A stretch of 64,000 nucleotides of DNA from the NCBI GenBank assembly GCA_944376605.1, contig CALWDE010000004.1:102359-166358 (forward strand), in the 5' to 3' direction. The position numbers and the translations under genes are program-made. Source of the DNA: an uncultured Bacilli bacterium. GTDB taxonomy: Bacteria; Bacillota_I; Bacilli_A; RFN20; CAG-826. Shown piece by piece: positions 1 to 9,588 of the stretch. Numbering within the stretch: position 1 is the first letter of the stretch; every line of letters starts with the position of its first letter. Under the pieces are notes generated by a model. It did not search any database and was not told the DNA's origin. It saw only the letters and a list, made by a program, of their open reading frames with translations.

Positions 1-9
1 GTTCCCACT

Positions 10-726
10 ATGAAAGAACATGTTCATGAAGCTTTCATGCGGAAAAACGGGCTTAAAGTCTTAGCAAACACTGTTCTTGTCATTGTTTATGCTGCCTGTC
101 TTGCTGTCTTGATCTTTGCTGCCTACTCAAGAGCCTCAGGTGAAACATTTGCCTTTGGTAACACAACATGCCTTATTGTAAGAACAGGCAGTATGGAAGA
201 GGCAAACGCAGCGAATTCCTATTTAGAAGAAAACAATTTAACTGATCGCATTGAAACAATGTCTTTGATTGGCATTGATAAGGTGGATTCTATCGCGGAT
301 ATGGAACAATATAAAATTTACGCATTTGAAGGAGATGACCGCGTTTTAGTTCACCGCTTAATCTCCATTAATTTAGAAGGAGAGGAACCCGTTTACACCT
401 TTAGAGGAGATGCAAACTCTGCAAGTTTTGTCGAAGAGATTGATGTTCCCTTCTCCAAAATCATCGGAGAATATAACGGGTTCCAAAATGTTGGGCTTGG
501 CATGTCTGTAGCCTATTTGCAAAGCGATATTGGCATTATTGCTGTTTGCTTCGGTCTTATTCTTGTCGGAGCTTATGACGTTTTTGAAATTGCTCTTGGA
601 AAACGCATCGAAAAGAGAAAAGAAGAAATTTATCCTCTTATTGATAGTGAAACCAAACACCACATTAAAGAATTATCTGAAGTGGAAGGCACAATTGCTG
701 TTGAACAAGAAGAGAAGCAAAACTAA
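10..726 (+). CDS. Signal peptidase I, ER/archaeal (SipW-like) type, with C-terminal TM anchor
   Basis: N-terminal TM, then RTGSMEE (SPase box B with catalytic Ser) and RVLVHRLISI (box D with His, not Lys), indicating a Ser/His ER-type SPase. A C-terminal hydrophobic segment is followed by a charged tail. Confidence 0.6.
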   Translation: MKEHVHEAFMRKNGLKVLANTVLVIVYAACLAVLIFAAYSRASGETFAFGNTTCLIVRTGSMEEANAANSYLEENNLTDRIETMSLIGIDKVDSIADMEQYKIYAFEGDDRVLVHRLISINLEGEEPVYTFRGDANSASFVEEIDVPFSKIIGEYNGFQNVGLGMSVAYLQSDIGIIAVCFGLILVGAYDVFEIALGKRIEKRKEEIYPLIDSETKHHIKELSEVEGTIAVEQEEKQN

Positions 727-740
727 AGAATCACTTTTAC

Positions 741-777
741 AAAAGAAAAGGCCGCTTACGAAGAAGCGACCTTTTTC
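741..777. terminator. Bidirectional rho-independent terminator between convergent genes
   Basis: Hairpin GGCCGCTT-ACGAAG-AAGCGACC flanked by an A-run on the left and a T-run on the right. Confidence 0.5.
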
Positions 778-795
778 CTTATTTGTAGCAGAAAT

Positions 796-1992
796 CTATT
801 CTGCAATAGGACCTCTCATGGTCTTGAAGATGGTGTAAATAACTCTCACCGCAATGACCATCATAAAGATAGTCATAGACATAACATAATTGCTGCCACC
901 AAACATGAAGCCAAGAATCATAGCGATTAAAGCACAAGTGAAAGATTCAAAATAAGCCACTTGTTGAGCGTCCCAGAAATTCAATGGACGATAAGGGTTA
1001 TTCTTGCCTCTTGTCGCTAAGAAAATAATTAAGCCCATTACAAAGATGGTCGCGACAATAATCGCGCTTAAAATGCCTACATTTGTCCATCCTGCTGTCC
1101 ATTTTGTGGAAGCATATCCTTCATCAAAGAAAGTGCCCCACAAACTGCGAGATGCCTGGCGATATTCATAAGAATCTAGAGAAGGAGTTTCACCAGTAAA
1201 GGTAGGAGTAAGTAAATCAGTTAAATACTCCCCTTGATAAGAAGAAGCGTCCCAAGAATAACGGATTGCTGTTGATAAAGAGTTTGTAGAAGAATCTGTA
1301 GAAGTGTTAGGTAAAATAGCAAGAATGTAGCCATCCGAATCTAAGAACAAGGTGGTGACGCTATAGGTTTCTTTGCCGTTAGGATCATCTAAAGTGTCAT
1401 CCTCGACGATTCTTTGATACATCGTAGCGACATTGTCATAAAGACCGGAATAATCATAGAAAACAGCAAAATCAACGATGGTCTCTTCTTCCACAACTGC
1501 ATTCCCATCATTTACGCTAGTATCTAACGCAGAAGAGGAGGCAGAGGAAGAACTGTTATCTTCTTCCGGCGGAAGAGTTACAACATCACGAGTCACTGTG
1601 TGGTAATAGGCACCATTTTGATTGGCCCCATAGGCAGCAGACCAGCTGTCATTTTCATCAAATAGCTCATTGTCTTCGATATGAAGAAGAACATTCTTTT
1701 CCTTCATATCCGTGATAAAGGCAGCAGTAGGAGTGACAAGTCCATAATCGGAATTCGTAATAAAACTCGATGCGTTCATTTGACCCATCGCTACCGAAGT
1801 GGGGATTAAAGCAATAATGATTGCTAAAATCACAACAGGAATGGAACTCCACCAAGGTTTTTCTCTCGCCAAAAGACAAGCGCCGTTGCTATATAACGTC
1901 TTAAACCAGTAACGGAATCCGTACCAGACTCTACCCCAGAAAGCTTTTGCTTTACTAGGTGCTTTATTTTGTTTCTTTTTCTTATTCGCCAT
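796..1992 (-). CDS. Hypothetical membrane protein (1 N-terminal TM, ~230-aa extracytoplasmic Ser/Asp-rich domain, 3 C-terminal TMs)
   Basis: Long ORF. Lys-rich N-terminus, hydrophobic segment, then 3 hydrophobic helices at the C-terminus. No recognisable catalytic motif. Confidence 0.5.
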   Translation of the reverse strand: MANKKKKQNKAPSKAKAFWGRVWYGFRYWFKTLYSNGACLLAREKPWWSSIPVVILAIIIALIPTSVAMGQMNASSFITNSDYGLVTPTAAFITDMKEKNVLLHIEDNELFDENDSWSAAYGANQNGAYYHTVTRDVVTLPPEEDNSSSSASSSALDTSVNDGNAVVEEETIVDFAVFYDYSGLYDNVATMYQRIVEDDTLDDPNGKETYSVTTLFLDSDGYILAILPNTSTDSSTNSLSTAIRYSWDASSYQGEYLTDLLTPTFTGETPSLDSYEYRQASRSLWGTFFDEGYASTKWTAGWTNVGILSAIIVATIFVMGLIIFLATRGKNNPYRPLNFWDAQQVAYFESFTCALIAMILGFMFGGSNYVMSMTIFMMVIAVRVIYTIFKTMRGPIAE

Positions 1993-2168
1993 GTATTTTT
2001 ATCCTTACGCTTCTTATAGAAGCGACTTGCATGCTAAAAGATACGCCAAGAAGAGCATTCTTTCCACTAAAGATACAAGAAAGAAGGAAAAATGATTAAT
2101 TCTTTCTCTATTTAATAGGCTGTAATTTTATAGAAAACCGAAAAATTTATCCCCTTATTTCTTGTTAA

Positions 2169-2198
2169 ACAAAAAAGAGCACCTTATTCAGGTGCCCT
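2169..2198 (-). terminator. Rho-independent terminator downstream of lipoprotein gene
   Basis: On the minus strand: GGGCACCT-GAATA-AGGTGCTC followed by TTTTTTGTTT. Confidence 0.6.
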
Positions 2199-2222
2199 TT
2201 GGTGTAAACATGAAGATTGTTT

Positions 2223-4550
2223 TTATATTCCAAACTGGCTACGATCAAGGATACGGATATCCAGCATGGAATCGCTATTGAAGGTGAGCCTCACAGCAAA
2301 AGGTAATCCTTCTTTGACATAATAGGTATAGCTTCCTCTCACTACTACTTCATAACCGCTTTCTAAAAGATAAGCTTTGTAGTCTTCTGCGTATTTCTCA
2401 AACACATCTGAACCAATAAGAGAGTAGTTGTTGCTAATTATAAATTCAATATAGCCAGCGTTCCCAACAAACCAGTAGTCATCAAGAGTAGCGTTATACA
2501 AATAAGGAACCTCACTTGCATACTCCCCAATAAAGCTCTCTTCCGCAAGTTGGGCGTGGATGGAAGGATGTGCTTCTTCCCATGTGGTTGGAGCAACAAA
2601 AGCATCCTCAATGCCTGAGAAGTCAATGGATTCAGGAAGAGCGACACCATAAGAAATCGTCGCTACATCTTCTGAAGTAATTTCGTTTTCATATTGATAA
2701 GAAGTGATTGTGCTTGTTTCACTATCAAAAGTAAAAGTAAGGGTAGGTTCTAAAATAAAGTCTCCGTTTGGCCCAAGAGGGAACACTTCATCAAGTCCTC
2801 TGACAAAGGTGTTTGCCTTTAAGGATGTATCACTCATAAACACAAAAGCTTGAGGAGCAATATTTTGAATTCCGATATAGTCATCAATCGATTCATATTC
2901 CCCACTAGCAGAATCAGTCGTACGGGCAATCATATCTTCCCCAACAGTGAAGGGCGCTACTCCGCCTTCTTGGAAGACATATCCAGAATAACTATGAATA
3001 TAGTCATAAGTGCCACCAGCAGCAGTATTCATATGTACATTGTCCACAAGCAAGATATTGTCTTTCACCGTGTAAGTTGTGGTTAAAACAGAGTTACTCA
3101 CGTTATGCGTAACAATTTGATAACCATTAGCAGAATCAAACTTTGCTAAAGCATTACTTATACGGACATCAGCCTCTTCTTCATGAACCGTTACCTCTTC
3201 AATCGCAACTGGCTCTTTAAAGGTAACATCAAACTCATAGTGGAATGTGTTATCCCCAATGATGGTAGACCAAGAAGTTGCGTGGATATTGGTCACTTCT
3301 CCTTCCGCATTTGTGTTAGCTTCTAAATCAATAATCACACCCATGCCGTCATAATATTGAGAGAATTTCTCCACAAGCTCATTGGCTTTATAGCCAAAAT
3401 AACGATAGGTGTCTTCATCCACTTTACGGAAAGCGGAAAGTTCTATTAATGAAGAGACAGAAGGCGCAACATCATCATACATAGATCCAGTAGGAACCTC
3501 TGCTAAAGTGTTCGCACTAGAAATAAATTGTTCCAGCGCCTCTCCTTCGCTTCCCTTCTTTAAATAAGTTGTTTCATCCACGCCATAAGCATGAGTAATA
3601 ACTCTTGCCCTGTTATTTTGATAATCGAAAGTATTCTCTTTATTTACATAAGTTACTTCTGCTTGACCGTTTAAATAACGGGTGAGAGAAACTTCATAAG
3701 TAACAACGTCTGCATTTAAATAAGAAAGGTTCTCACTTGTTAGAGCAGTTTCTGGTAAAGCAAAAGAGGCAACAAAGTCTTCCACCTCTTTCAGTGAAGA
3801 GGTTCCGACATTCCTAATCACACCTGTTGTTGCAGAAATCATTTCTGAAATAGAACCATCAGAATCGGTGTAATTCGGCGCAAAACCAATATGAATTTCT
3901 TCATTTTCAATTGGATTAATAAATATGCGAAGAATGTTGCTCACATAATTGCCCAAATTAAACATAGAGGCAAAAACTTGAATAACGTTTTGATCTTCAA
4001 TCACAAAATAGCCGCTTTGATGAATCAAATCTTCTGCAGTAAAGGCAACATCTTCCCTATCTAACAAAGAAAGATAACTTAACTCACTTGTGGAGTAATA
4101 AGGATGCGTGACCCCGTCTTCTTCGTAAGATAAAGCATTAAGAACAACATAACTTCCATTTTGTTTTTCAACAGAATATAGAAGTGTCTCTCCTTCTTTT
4201 TCATAGCTAGGTAAGGCAACAGAAGCAGTCGCACCAGAAGCGTCTGCAATATAGGTTGAAGTGAGAATTCTTCCTCCTGTAACAGTCCCGTCCTCGCTTA
4301 AAAATCCATACGTATAGTTTGTGGACGTTTTGGCTTCATTCAGAAGATTCATAATCTTCGTACGTTCTGCCTCAACATCAATAGAGGGTCCAGGAGGCAA
4401 GGTAGAAGAGGAAGAAGAACCTCCAGAAGAGGTGTTAGAACTACTAGAACTCTCGCTAGAGTTAGAAGTGCTGCTCGAAGAGGTAGTGCCTCCACAAGAA
4501 CTTAAAATAAGCAGGGAGGCTGCCGCGATAAGTAGAAGTTGCTTTTTCAT
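2223..4550 (-). CDS. Large surface lipoprotein (775 aa) with Ser-rich linker
   Basis: MKKQLLLIAAASLLILSSCGG signal peptide with lipobox, then a poly-Ser/Thr low-complexity linker and a large unknown domain. The ORF-track start (4640) is a spurious extension; the start is placed at the ATG at 4550. Confidence 0.7.
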   Translation of the reverse strand: MKKQLLLIAAASLLILSSCGGTTSSSSTSNSSESSSSSNTSSGGSSSSSTLPPGPSIDVEAERTKIMNLLNEAKTSTNYTYGFLSEDGTVTGGRILTSTYIADASGATASVALPSYEKEGETLLYSVEKQNGSYVVLNALSYEEDGVTHPYYSTSELSYLSLLDREDVAFTAEDLIHQSGYFVIEDQNVIQVFASMFNLGNYVSNILRIFINPIENEEIHIGFAPNYTDSDGSISEMISATTGVIRNVGTSSLKEVEDFVASFALPETALTSENLSYLNADVVTYEVSLTRYLNGQAEVTYVNKENTFDYQNNRARVITHAYGVDETTYLKKGSEGEALEQFISSANTLAEVPTGSMYDDVAPSVSSLIELSAFRKVDEDTYRYFGYKANELVEKFSQYYDGMGVIIDLEANTNAEGEVTNIHATSWSTIIGDNTFHYEFDVTFKEPVAIEEVTVHEEEADVRISNALAKFDSANGYQIVTHNVSNSVLTTTYTVKDNILLVDNVHMNTAAGGTYDYIHSYSGYVFQEGGVAPFTVGEDMIARTTDSASGEYESIDDYIGIQNIAPQAFVFMSDTSLKANTFVRGLDEVFPLGPNGDFILEPTLTFTFDSETSTITSYQYENEITSEDVATISYGVALPESIDFSGIEDAFVAPTTWEEAHPSIHAQLAEESFIGEYASEVPYLYNATLDDYWFVGNAGYIEFIISNNYSLIGSDVFEKYAEDYKAYLLESGYEVVVRGSYTYYVKEGLPFAVRLTFNSDSMLDIRILDRSQFGI

Positions 4551-4623
4551 GTTCACTAAATATTCCCTTCGGCTCAAAATCATTATGGAAATATCGAGAA
4601 AGTCAAGGAAAGAAGAAAACTCT

Positions 4624-5685
4624 TTACTGTCTATTAACAATCCTTAAAGGTAAGGCATTTTCAACTGCTTCCTCTTTTTTAAGAAACACGCGAACAAAAG
4701 AAAGCTGCTTTTTAAATGATCTCGCATTCTTCTCAATGGAGTCATAGGCGCGAACTTCATACCCCTTTTCATGGAAAAATTTCGCCATAGAAAGTGCGTC
4801 TTCTCGAATGATACAAGCCTCTTCTCCAACACCAAGCAGCGTAATAGGAGAAGGCGCTTTTTCTAGAAGAGAAGAATAGTAAGAGAGGAAAAATTGAAGA
4901 TTTTCTTCCCTTTCTGCAGGGTATTTATCTCCTTCTAGCCACTGCAAAGCAAAAATGCCTTCTTCACCGCGTGGAAAAAGACAAAAATCGAGGCCGATAC
5001 GCGACATAAAGGGGGTATAACCAATATTCTTTGCAACAATATCTCCGTTAAAGTCATCTCTTTTTCCTATTTTTCGAATATGAAGCGCGAACTCATTTTT
5101 CTTGCAGTAATAAGCTTCTGCACTTAAACGGTACGCTTCTGCCTCTTTATAAGGCAAAGAAATGACGTTTACTCCTTTTTGGAGCAAGGGACGCGTTATT
5201 TTTTCTAAAAATTCATCATAAAGAACATCTAATTTGCCTGCTAAAAAGATAGAAGGATCTTCTTCCTCTAAAACCTCAAATCCTGCACGAGAAAAGGAAG
5301 GGATGTAATAGAAGGAAGAATGTCTCTCTTTCCATCTTTTGGCAATCTCATCACTTGTGCCCGGAAGAAGCAATCCGCGGAAAATGACAATTTTATTTTC
5401 TGCGAGATATGAAAAGTATTCTTCTCGCCAAAAAGGACTGCAAAAAATAAGAACATCCGCTTCTTTCATAGCAAAAGAAGCATCATTAAGAAAGATAGTG
5501 CCTTTTCTTCTTGTTTCCTTTTCTAGTAAAGGGTCATAACCTTTTAAAAACTGTGCTTTTGCACATCTTTCATGTTCTTCCCTAGATAAAAAGTATAGAA
5601 AGCGTTCTTTTGCCTTGAGGATCTTTCTTGCAAAGGCAAGAGATCTTAGAAGGTATTTTTCTTCTCCAATCAGTAACGCTTTCAT
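4624..5685 (-). CDS. Divergent UDP-glucose/GDP-mannose dehydrogenase-family-like protein (Rossmann GxGxxG motif not conserved)
   Basis: IPSFSRAG resembles UDPGDH NPEFLREG. PSIFLAG, AEAYRLSAEAY and SRIGLDFCLFPRGEEG resemble the UDPGDH central-domain motifs RIG..G.GGxCFPKD. N-terminal MKALLIGEEKYLL lacks the glycines. Pattern-level similarity only. Confidence 0.35.
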   Translation of the reverse strand: MKALLIGEEKYLLRSLAFARKILKAKERFLYFLSREEHERCAKAQFLKGYDPLLEKETRRKGTIFLNDASFAMKEADVLIFCSPFWREEYFSYLAENKIVIFRGLLLPGTSDEIAKRWKERHSSFYYIPSFSRAGFEVLEEEDPSIFLAGKLDVLYDEFLEKITRPLLQKGVNVISLPYKEAEAYRLSAEAYYCKKNEFALHIRKIGKRDDFNGDIVAKNIGYTPFMSRIGLDFCLFPRGEEGIFALQWLEGDKYPAEREENLQFFLSYYSSLLEKAPSPITLLGVGEEACIIREDALSMAKFFHEKGYEVRAYDSIEKNARSFKKQLSFVRVFLKKEEAVENALPLRIVNRQ

Positions 5686-6024
5686 TTAATCTCCATAATC
5701 GCTTCCGCGACTTTTATCTTCGACAAAAATATTTAAAGGATCGGTAATATCGGTAATCTCACGGTAAATATATCCTTCCATTTCTAAGAAGGGAGTTTCG
5801 TAATTAGCTGTAAACACGACTTTATGATTTTCTTTAATCTCTTCGTCCATCTTCTTTAAGATTCTTGGAAAATCCTCGCGTTTTTTCTCTTTCATACTTT
5901 CTAAAGCATAAAGAAAACCTGGTTCCACATAGAAACGATTCCCGAGATTATCTTCGTAGCAAAGAACAAGAGGATGAAGGGGGTCATGAATTAGTTGATA
6001 TTGATTTAAGTCCTGGCATTCCAT
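5686..6024 (-). CDS. Hypothetical protein (112 aa), abuts the UDPGDH-like gene (its stop lies directly upstream of that gene's start)
   Basis: ORF end is adjacent to the downstream gene start. A TACAAT -10-like element lies 9 nt upstream of the ATG (likely leaderless). No motif recognised. Confidence 0.45.
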   Translation of the reverse strand: MECQDLNQYQLIHDPLHPLVLCYEDNLGNRFYVEPGFLYALESMKEKKREDFPRILKKMDEEIKENHKVVFTANYETPFLEMEGYIYREITDITDPLNIFVEDKSRGSDYGD

Positions 6025-6064
6025 AACATGATTGTAACGCGTGGTATCATTTTAAGCACAGACT

Positions 6065-6862
6065 ATGATTAAATACTTATTTACAGACATTGATGGAACT
6101 CTGTTCTCACACACAAAGCACAAGGTACCTGAATCCGCTTTAAAGGCAATTCAAGCGGTGAAAAAGAAAGGTATCCGTGTTTTCTTATCAAGCGGGAGAA
6201 ATTTTTATTTAATCCGCAAAACAGGAATTTTAGATATTGTCCATCCAGATGGTCTCGTCATGATGAATGGTGCAGCAGTAGCGATTGGTGATACCCTTAT
6301 TTATAAATACCCCATTCCTAGAGATGTTGTAGATGCGATGATCATGTTCTCTTATCGCTTAAAATTTGGTCTCACCTTAATTGAAGAAAAAGAAGGACAT
6401 ATTAATTTTATTGATGATCGTGTCATTGATGCGCACGCTAAATACGGCACACGCTTTCCTCAACCAAGAAAATTTCCTATCCCTTACGACAGAACGGTTT
6501 ATCAAATGATTGCTTTCTGCGACTCTTTTGATGAAGCTTTATTTCTTCCTCACCTTCATAACTGCAAAGCCGCCAGGTGGGATGAGTTTGCTGTAGATAT
6601 CATGCCTAAAGATAGCGACAAAGCGAAAGGAATTGCTGCCGCCTTAGAATGTCTTAATGGAAGTAAAGAAGAAGCCTTATCTATTGGAGATGGCACTAAC
6701 GATAAGGAAATGCTCCAATACACAGGAACTTCTGTAGCAATGGGGAATGCTTCGGAAGAGATTAAAAAAATAGCAACTTTTATTACAGATGATATTGATG
6801 AAGATGGCTGGGCAAAAGCTTTAATCCATTTTGGCTTAATTGAAGAAAAAGACGTTTTCTAA
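6065..6862 (+). CDS. Cof-type HAD-IIB family hydrolase/phosphatase
   Basis: FTDIDGTL motif I at the N-terminus, and GDGTNDKEML ... SVAMGNASEEIK motifs typical of Cof/YidA phosphatases. Confidence 0.8.
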   Translation: MIKYLFTDIDGTLFSHTKHKVPESALKAIQAVKKKGIRVFLSSGRNFYLIRKTGILDIVHPDGLVMMNGAAVAIGDTLIYKYPIPRDVVDAMIMFSYRLKFGLTLIEEKEGHINFIDDRVIDAHAKYGTRFPQPRKFPIPYDRTVYQMIAFCDSFDEALFLPHLHNCKAARWDEFAVDIMPKDSDKAKGIAAALECLNGSKEEALSIGDGTNDKEMLQYTGTSVAMGNASEEIKKIATFITDDIDEDGWAKALIHFGLIEEKDVF

Positions 6863-6866
6863 TCGC

Positions 6867-7352
6867 TTACTTGTGATAGGGTTCGTGATTTGCAATTTTG
6901 AACGCGCGATAAATCTGTTCTAAAAGGACAATTCGGCATAATTGATGCGGTAAGGTTAATTTTCCAAAGGACAAAAAAGCGTTCCCTCTTTTACGAAGTG
7001 CTTCTCCCACACCAAGAGAACCGCCAATTGCAAAGCTGACCGTTCCATCTCCTCTTCGATAAGAATCCATCAAAAAAGAAGAAAACTCTTCCGAAGTTAA
7101 CTCTTTTTGGTTCAAATCCAAAACAATTAAAAATTCGCGCGGTTTGATCTTTATTAATAAAGATTCTGCTTCCTTATCTTTAATCAAAATCTCATCTTTT
7201 AATGAAGTTTTGCTGGGAATTTTTAAATCTGGTACTTCGATTACTTCAATCTGAGAATAGCTTGATATTCTTTTGCAATATTCTTTTTCCGCTTCTTCCA
7301 AAAAGGACTCTTTTAAATGGCCTATGGTTAATATCCTTGTTTTCATCGCCAA
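6867..7352 (-). CDS. rlmH: 23S rRNA (pseudouridine1915-N3)-methyltransferase RlmH
   Basis: ~155-aa SPOUT protein. ILTIGHLKE start, GEALRK, C-terminal NHEPYHK (RlmH NHPYHR-like). Confidence 0.85.
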   Translation of the reverse strand: MAMKTRILTIGHLKESFLEEAEKEYCKRISSYSQIEVIEVPDLKIPSKTSLKDEILIKDKEAESLLIKIKPREFLIVLDLNQKELTSEEFSSFLMDSYRRGDGTVSFAIGGSLGVGEALRKRGNAFLSFGKLTLPHQLCRIVLLEQIYRAFKIANHEPYHK

Positions 7353-8107
7353 GGGTGTCCTCCTTCTACATTTTCATATTGTCGAAAAGCTTTTAATAAA
7401 ATATCGCTTCGCCCTAACTCCTCTAAACTTCTTCTTGCGCTTTCTAAAGCAAATTCTTCTTTATTACACTCCTCCGATAAATGGGCTAGATAAATCTCTT
7501 TTGTGTTATCTCCTACCATCTCTTTTAAATAACTCGCACACTGCTCATTCGATAAATGGCCTTTGTTCCCCTTTATTCTGCGCTTTAATGCAGCTGGACG
7601 CGAAGAAGCTTTAAGCATCATAAGATCATGGTTCGATTCTAAAACAAAATAAGTTTTGTTTTTTAAATAAGAAAAATCGGAAGGAGGGATAAGACCAGTA
7701 TCGGTTAAGTAAGCAAGAGATTCTTCTTCGTCTTCAAAAATATAGCCAAGCGTATTAGGACTATCATGCGAAGCTAAAATTGGAGTAACTTTTATTTTTC
7801 CAAAAATAAGCGTTTCAAAAGGAGTGAGATAGTAATCCGCTTCTTGATAACTTTGATCTCCAATATAGACTTTAGGCCCTCTCTTTTTACTTCTTGCATC
7901 CATCGTTTTCACTGTGCCAATATGATCAAAATGCGTATGGGTAATAAATAGAGCATCAATATCTTTCACCTGTTTCTGATGGGCGCACAAAAAAGCTTCT
8001 AATACTTCTCGAGGCCTTCCCATATCCACTTGAAGAAGCGTCTCTCCATCACTTAAAAGAAAGGCGTTTCCTTTACTCCCTGAACCAAGTGAAACAAAAG
8101 AAAACAT
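7343..8107 (-). CDS. MBL-fold metallo-hydrolase (YycJ/WalJ-like)
   Basis: MFSFVSLGSGSKGNAF start and HTHFDHIG motif. Overlaps the rlmH start. Confidence 0.7.
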   Translation of the reverse strand: MFSFVSLGSGSKGNAFLLSDGETLLQVDMGRPREVLEAFLCAHQKQVKDIDALFITHTHFDHIGTVKTMDARSKKRGPKVYIGDQSYQEADYYLTPFETLIFGKIKVTPILASHDSPNTLGYIFEDEEESLAYLTDTGLIPPSDFSYLKNKTYFVLESNHDLMMLKASSRPAALKRRIKGNKGHLSNEQCASYLKEMVGDNTKEIYLAHLSEECNKEEFALESARRSLEELGRSDILLKAFRQYENVEGGHPWR

Positions 8108-8112
8108 ATTGG

Positions 8113-9588
8113 TTACTCGTCTAATTCTGGAATAGGCTGCTTATTCACTTCGGCAATAGAACGCATCATCTCTTTATCGGGTGTATCAAAGCGAGAATAT
8201 GCTTTACTGAATAAGAAGTAACAAGTTCCCATTCTTCCATTTCTATTTTTGGCGATATTTACTTCTGTAACAGACATAGATGCCTTATCAGAAGTTTCTT
8301 GTTTGCCTTGATCCACACTTTCTTGAAGTTTCGAAGCAAAACTAGAAGCGTCTTGTTTCCCTTTTTTGTTATTGTAGTAATCTTGCCGATACATAAGCAA
8401 AACAAGGTCCGCGTCCGCTTCAATAGAGCCTGACTCTCGAATGTTACTTAGATTCGGTACGCCATTAGGATTGTTGTCTGCGGCACGGTTTAACTGACAA
8501 AGTGCAATAACAGGAATCTTTAAAGAACGCGCTAATTCTTTTAATGATTGACTGATATATTGCACCTCTAAAGCTCTATTTTCTAAATGTTCTGTGCTAA
8601 GCAAATTTAAATAGTCGATGACAATGAGGCCTAAATCATCATGCGCAGCTTTTAACTTTCGTGCTTTGGCTAATAATTCTCCTAAAGGAATATTTGGCGT
8701 GTCATCAAAATAGATTTGCAGAGTAGAAATGTCATTAATGGCTTCGTTAATTTGTGCTTTCTTTCTAGCGTCTAAATAAATTGGGTTAATTAAATCATCA
8801 CCAGAAACATGCGCTTCCATCGAAACAATTCGCTTCATAATCTCTTCCGCGGACATTTCTGCAGAAAAGAAGGCAACAGACTTATTCGATCTTTTTGCCG
8901 CATTTACAGCTAAATTAATCGCAAAGGCGGTTTTTCCAACCGATGGTCTAGCAGCAATGATAATCAAATTACCCTTCTGCCACCCATGCGTATATTGATT
9001 GAGATAGGTATACCCTGTATCAATTCCTGTGATGCCGTTTTGGCTTCTTTTACTTTGTGCTTCTAAAATCTTTTGCACTGTTTTTGCAACAACTTCTGCT
9101 GTGCGGAACTCCCCTACAGAGCGTTTAGAAGCAATTTCCATAAACTGCTGAGAATAACGAGAAAGATATTCTCCAATATCTTTAAACTCTCCTTCTTTTT
9201 TGTATTCGTCTTTTGCTTCGTCCATCTTCGCTAAAAAGTCACGAAGTACCGCTTGATCCGATACAATTTTAATGTAGTGATCAACGTTATCTGGAGAAAC
9301 AACAGTCTCAATTAAATCAAGAAGATAAGAGTTTCCTCCTGCCTCTTCTAAACAGTGAGCGTTTAGCAGTTCATTTACCACTGCTTGAACGTCAACTGGT
9401 TCTCTTCTCCCTGCAATAGAGGCAATTGCGCGAAAAATTAAAATGTTGCGCATATCAAGCCCAGAGAAAGTCTCTTCGCGCAAAGAAGCTAAACCCATCG
9501 CGCAAGCATCAGGGTCCACCATCATGGTGCCCAAAACAGCCTGCTCTGCAAAAAGGTTAGCAGGAACAGAGTAAGACTTTTGTGCCAC
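8113..9588 (-). CDS. dnaB: Replicative DNA helicase DnaB (DnaC in B. subtilis nomenclature)
   Basis: Walker A GKTAFAINLA, RecA-like C-terminal domain, DnaB N-terminal domain. GTG start. Conserved position upstream of rplI. Confidence 0.9.
   Translation of the reverse strand: MAQKSYSVPANLFAEQAVLGTMMVDPDACAMGLASLREETFSGLDMRNILIFRAIASIAGRREPVDVQAVVNELLNAHCLEEAGGNSYLLDLIETVVSPDNVDHYIKIVSDQAVLRDFLAKMDEAKDEYKKEGEFKDIGEYLSRYSQQFMEIASKRSVGEFRTAEVVAKTVQKILEAQSKRSQNGITGIDTGYTYLNQYTHGWQKGNLIIIAARPSVGKTAFAINLAVNAAKRSNKSVAFFSAEMSAEEIMKRIVSMEAHVSGDDLINPIYLDARKKAQINEAINDISTLQIYFDDTPNIPLGELLAKARKLKAAHDDLGLIVIDYLNLLSTEHLENRALEVQYISQSLKELARSLKIPVIALCQLNRAADNNPNGVPNLSNIRESGSIEADADLVLLMYRQDYYNNKKGKQDASSFASKLQESVDQGKQETSDKASMSVTEVNIAKNRNGRMGTCYFLFSKAYSRFDTPDKEMMRSIAEVNKQPIPELDE

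Noticed and set aside
4321-4647. 108-aa plus-strand ORF rich in Glu/Leu
   Set aside because: It is antisense to the poly-Ser linker of the lipoprotein gene, a low-complexity artefact.
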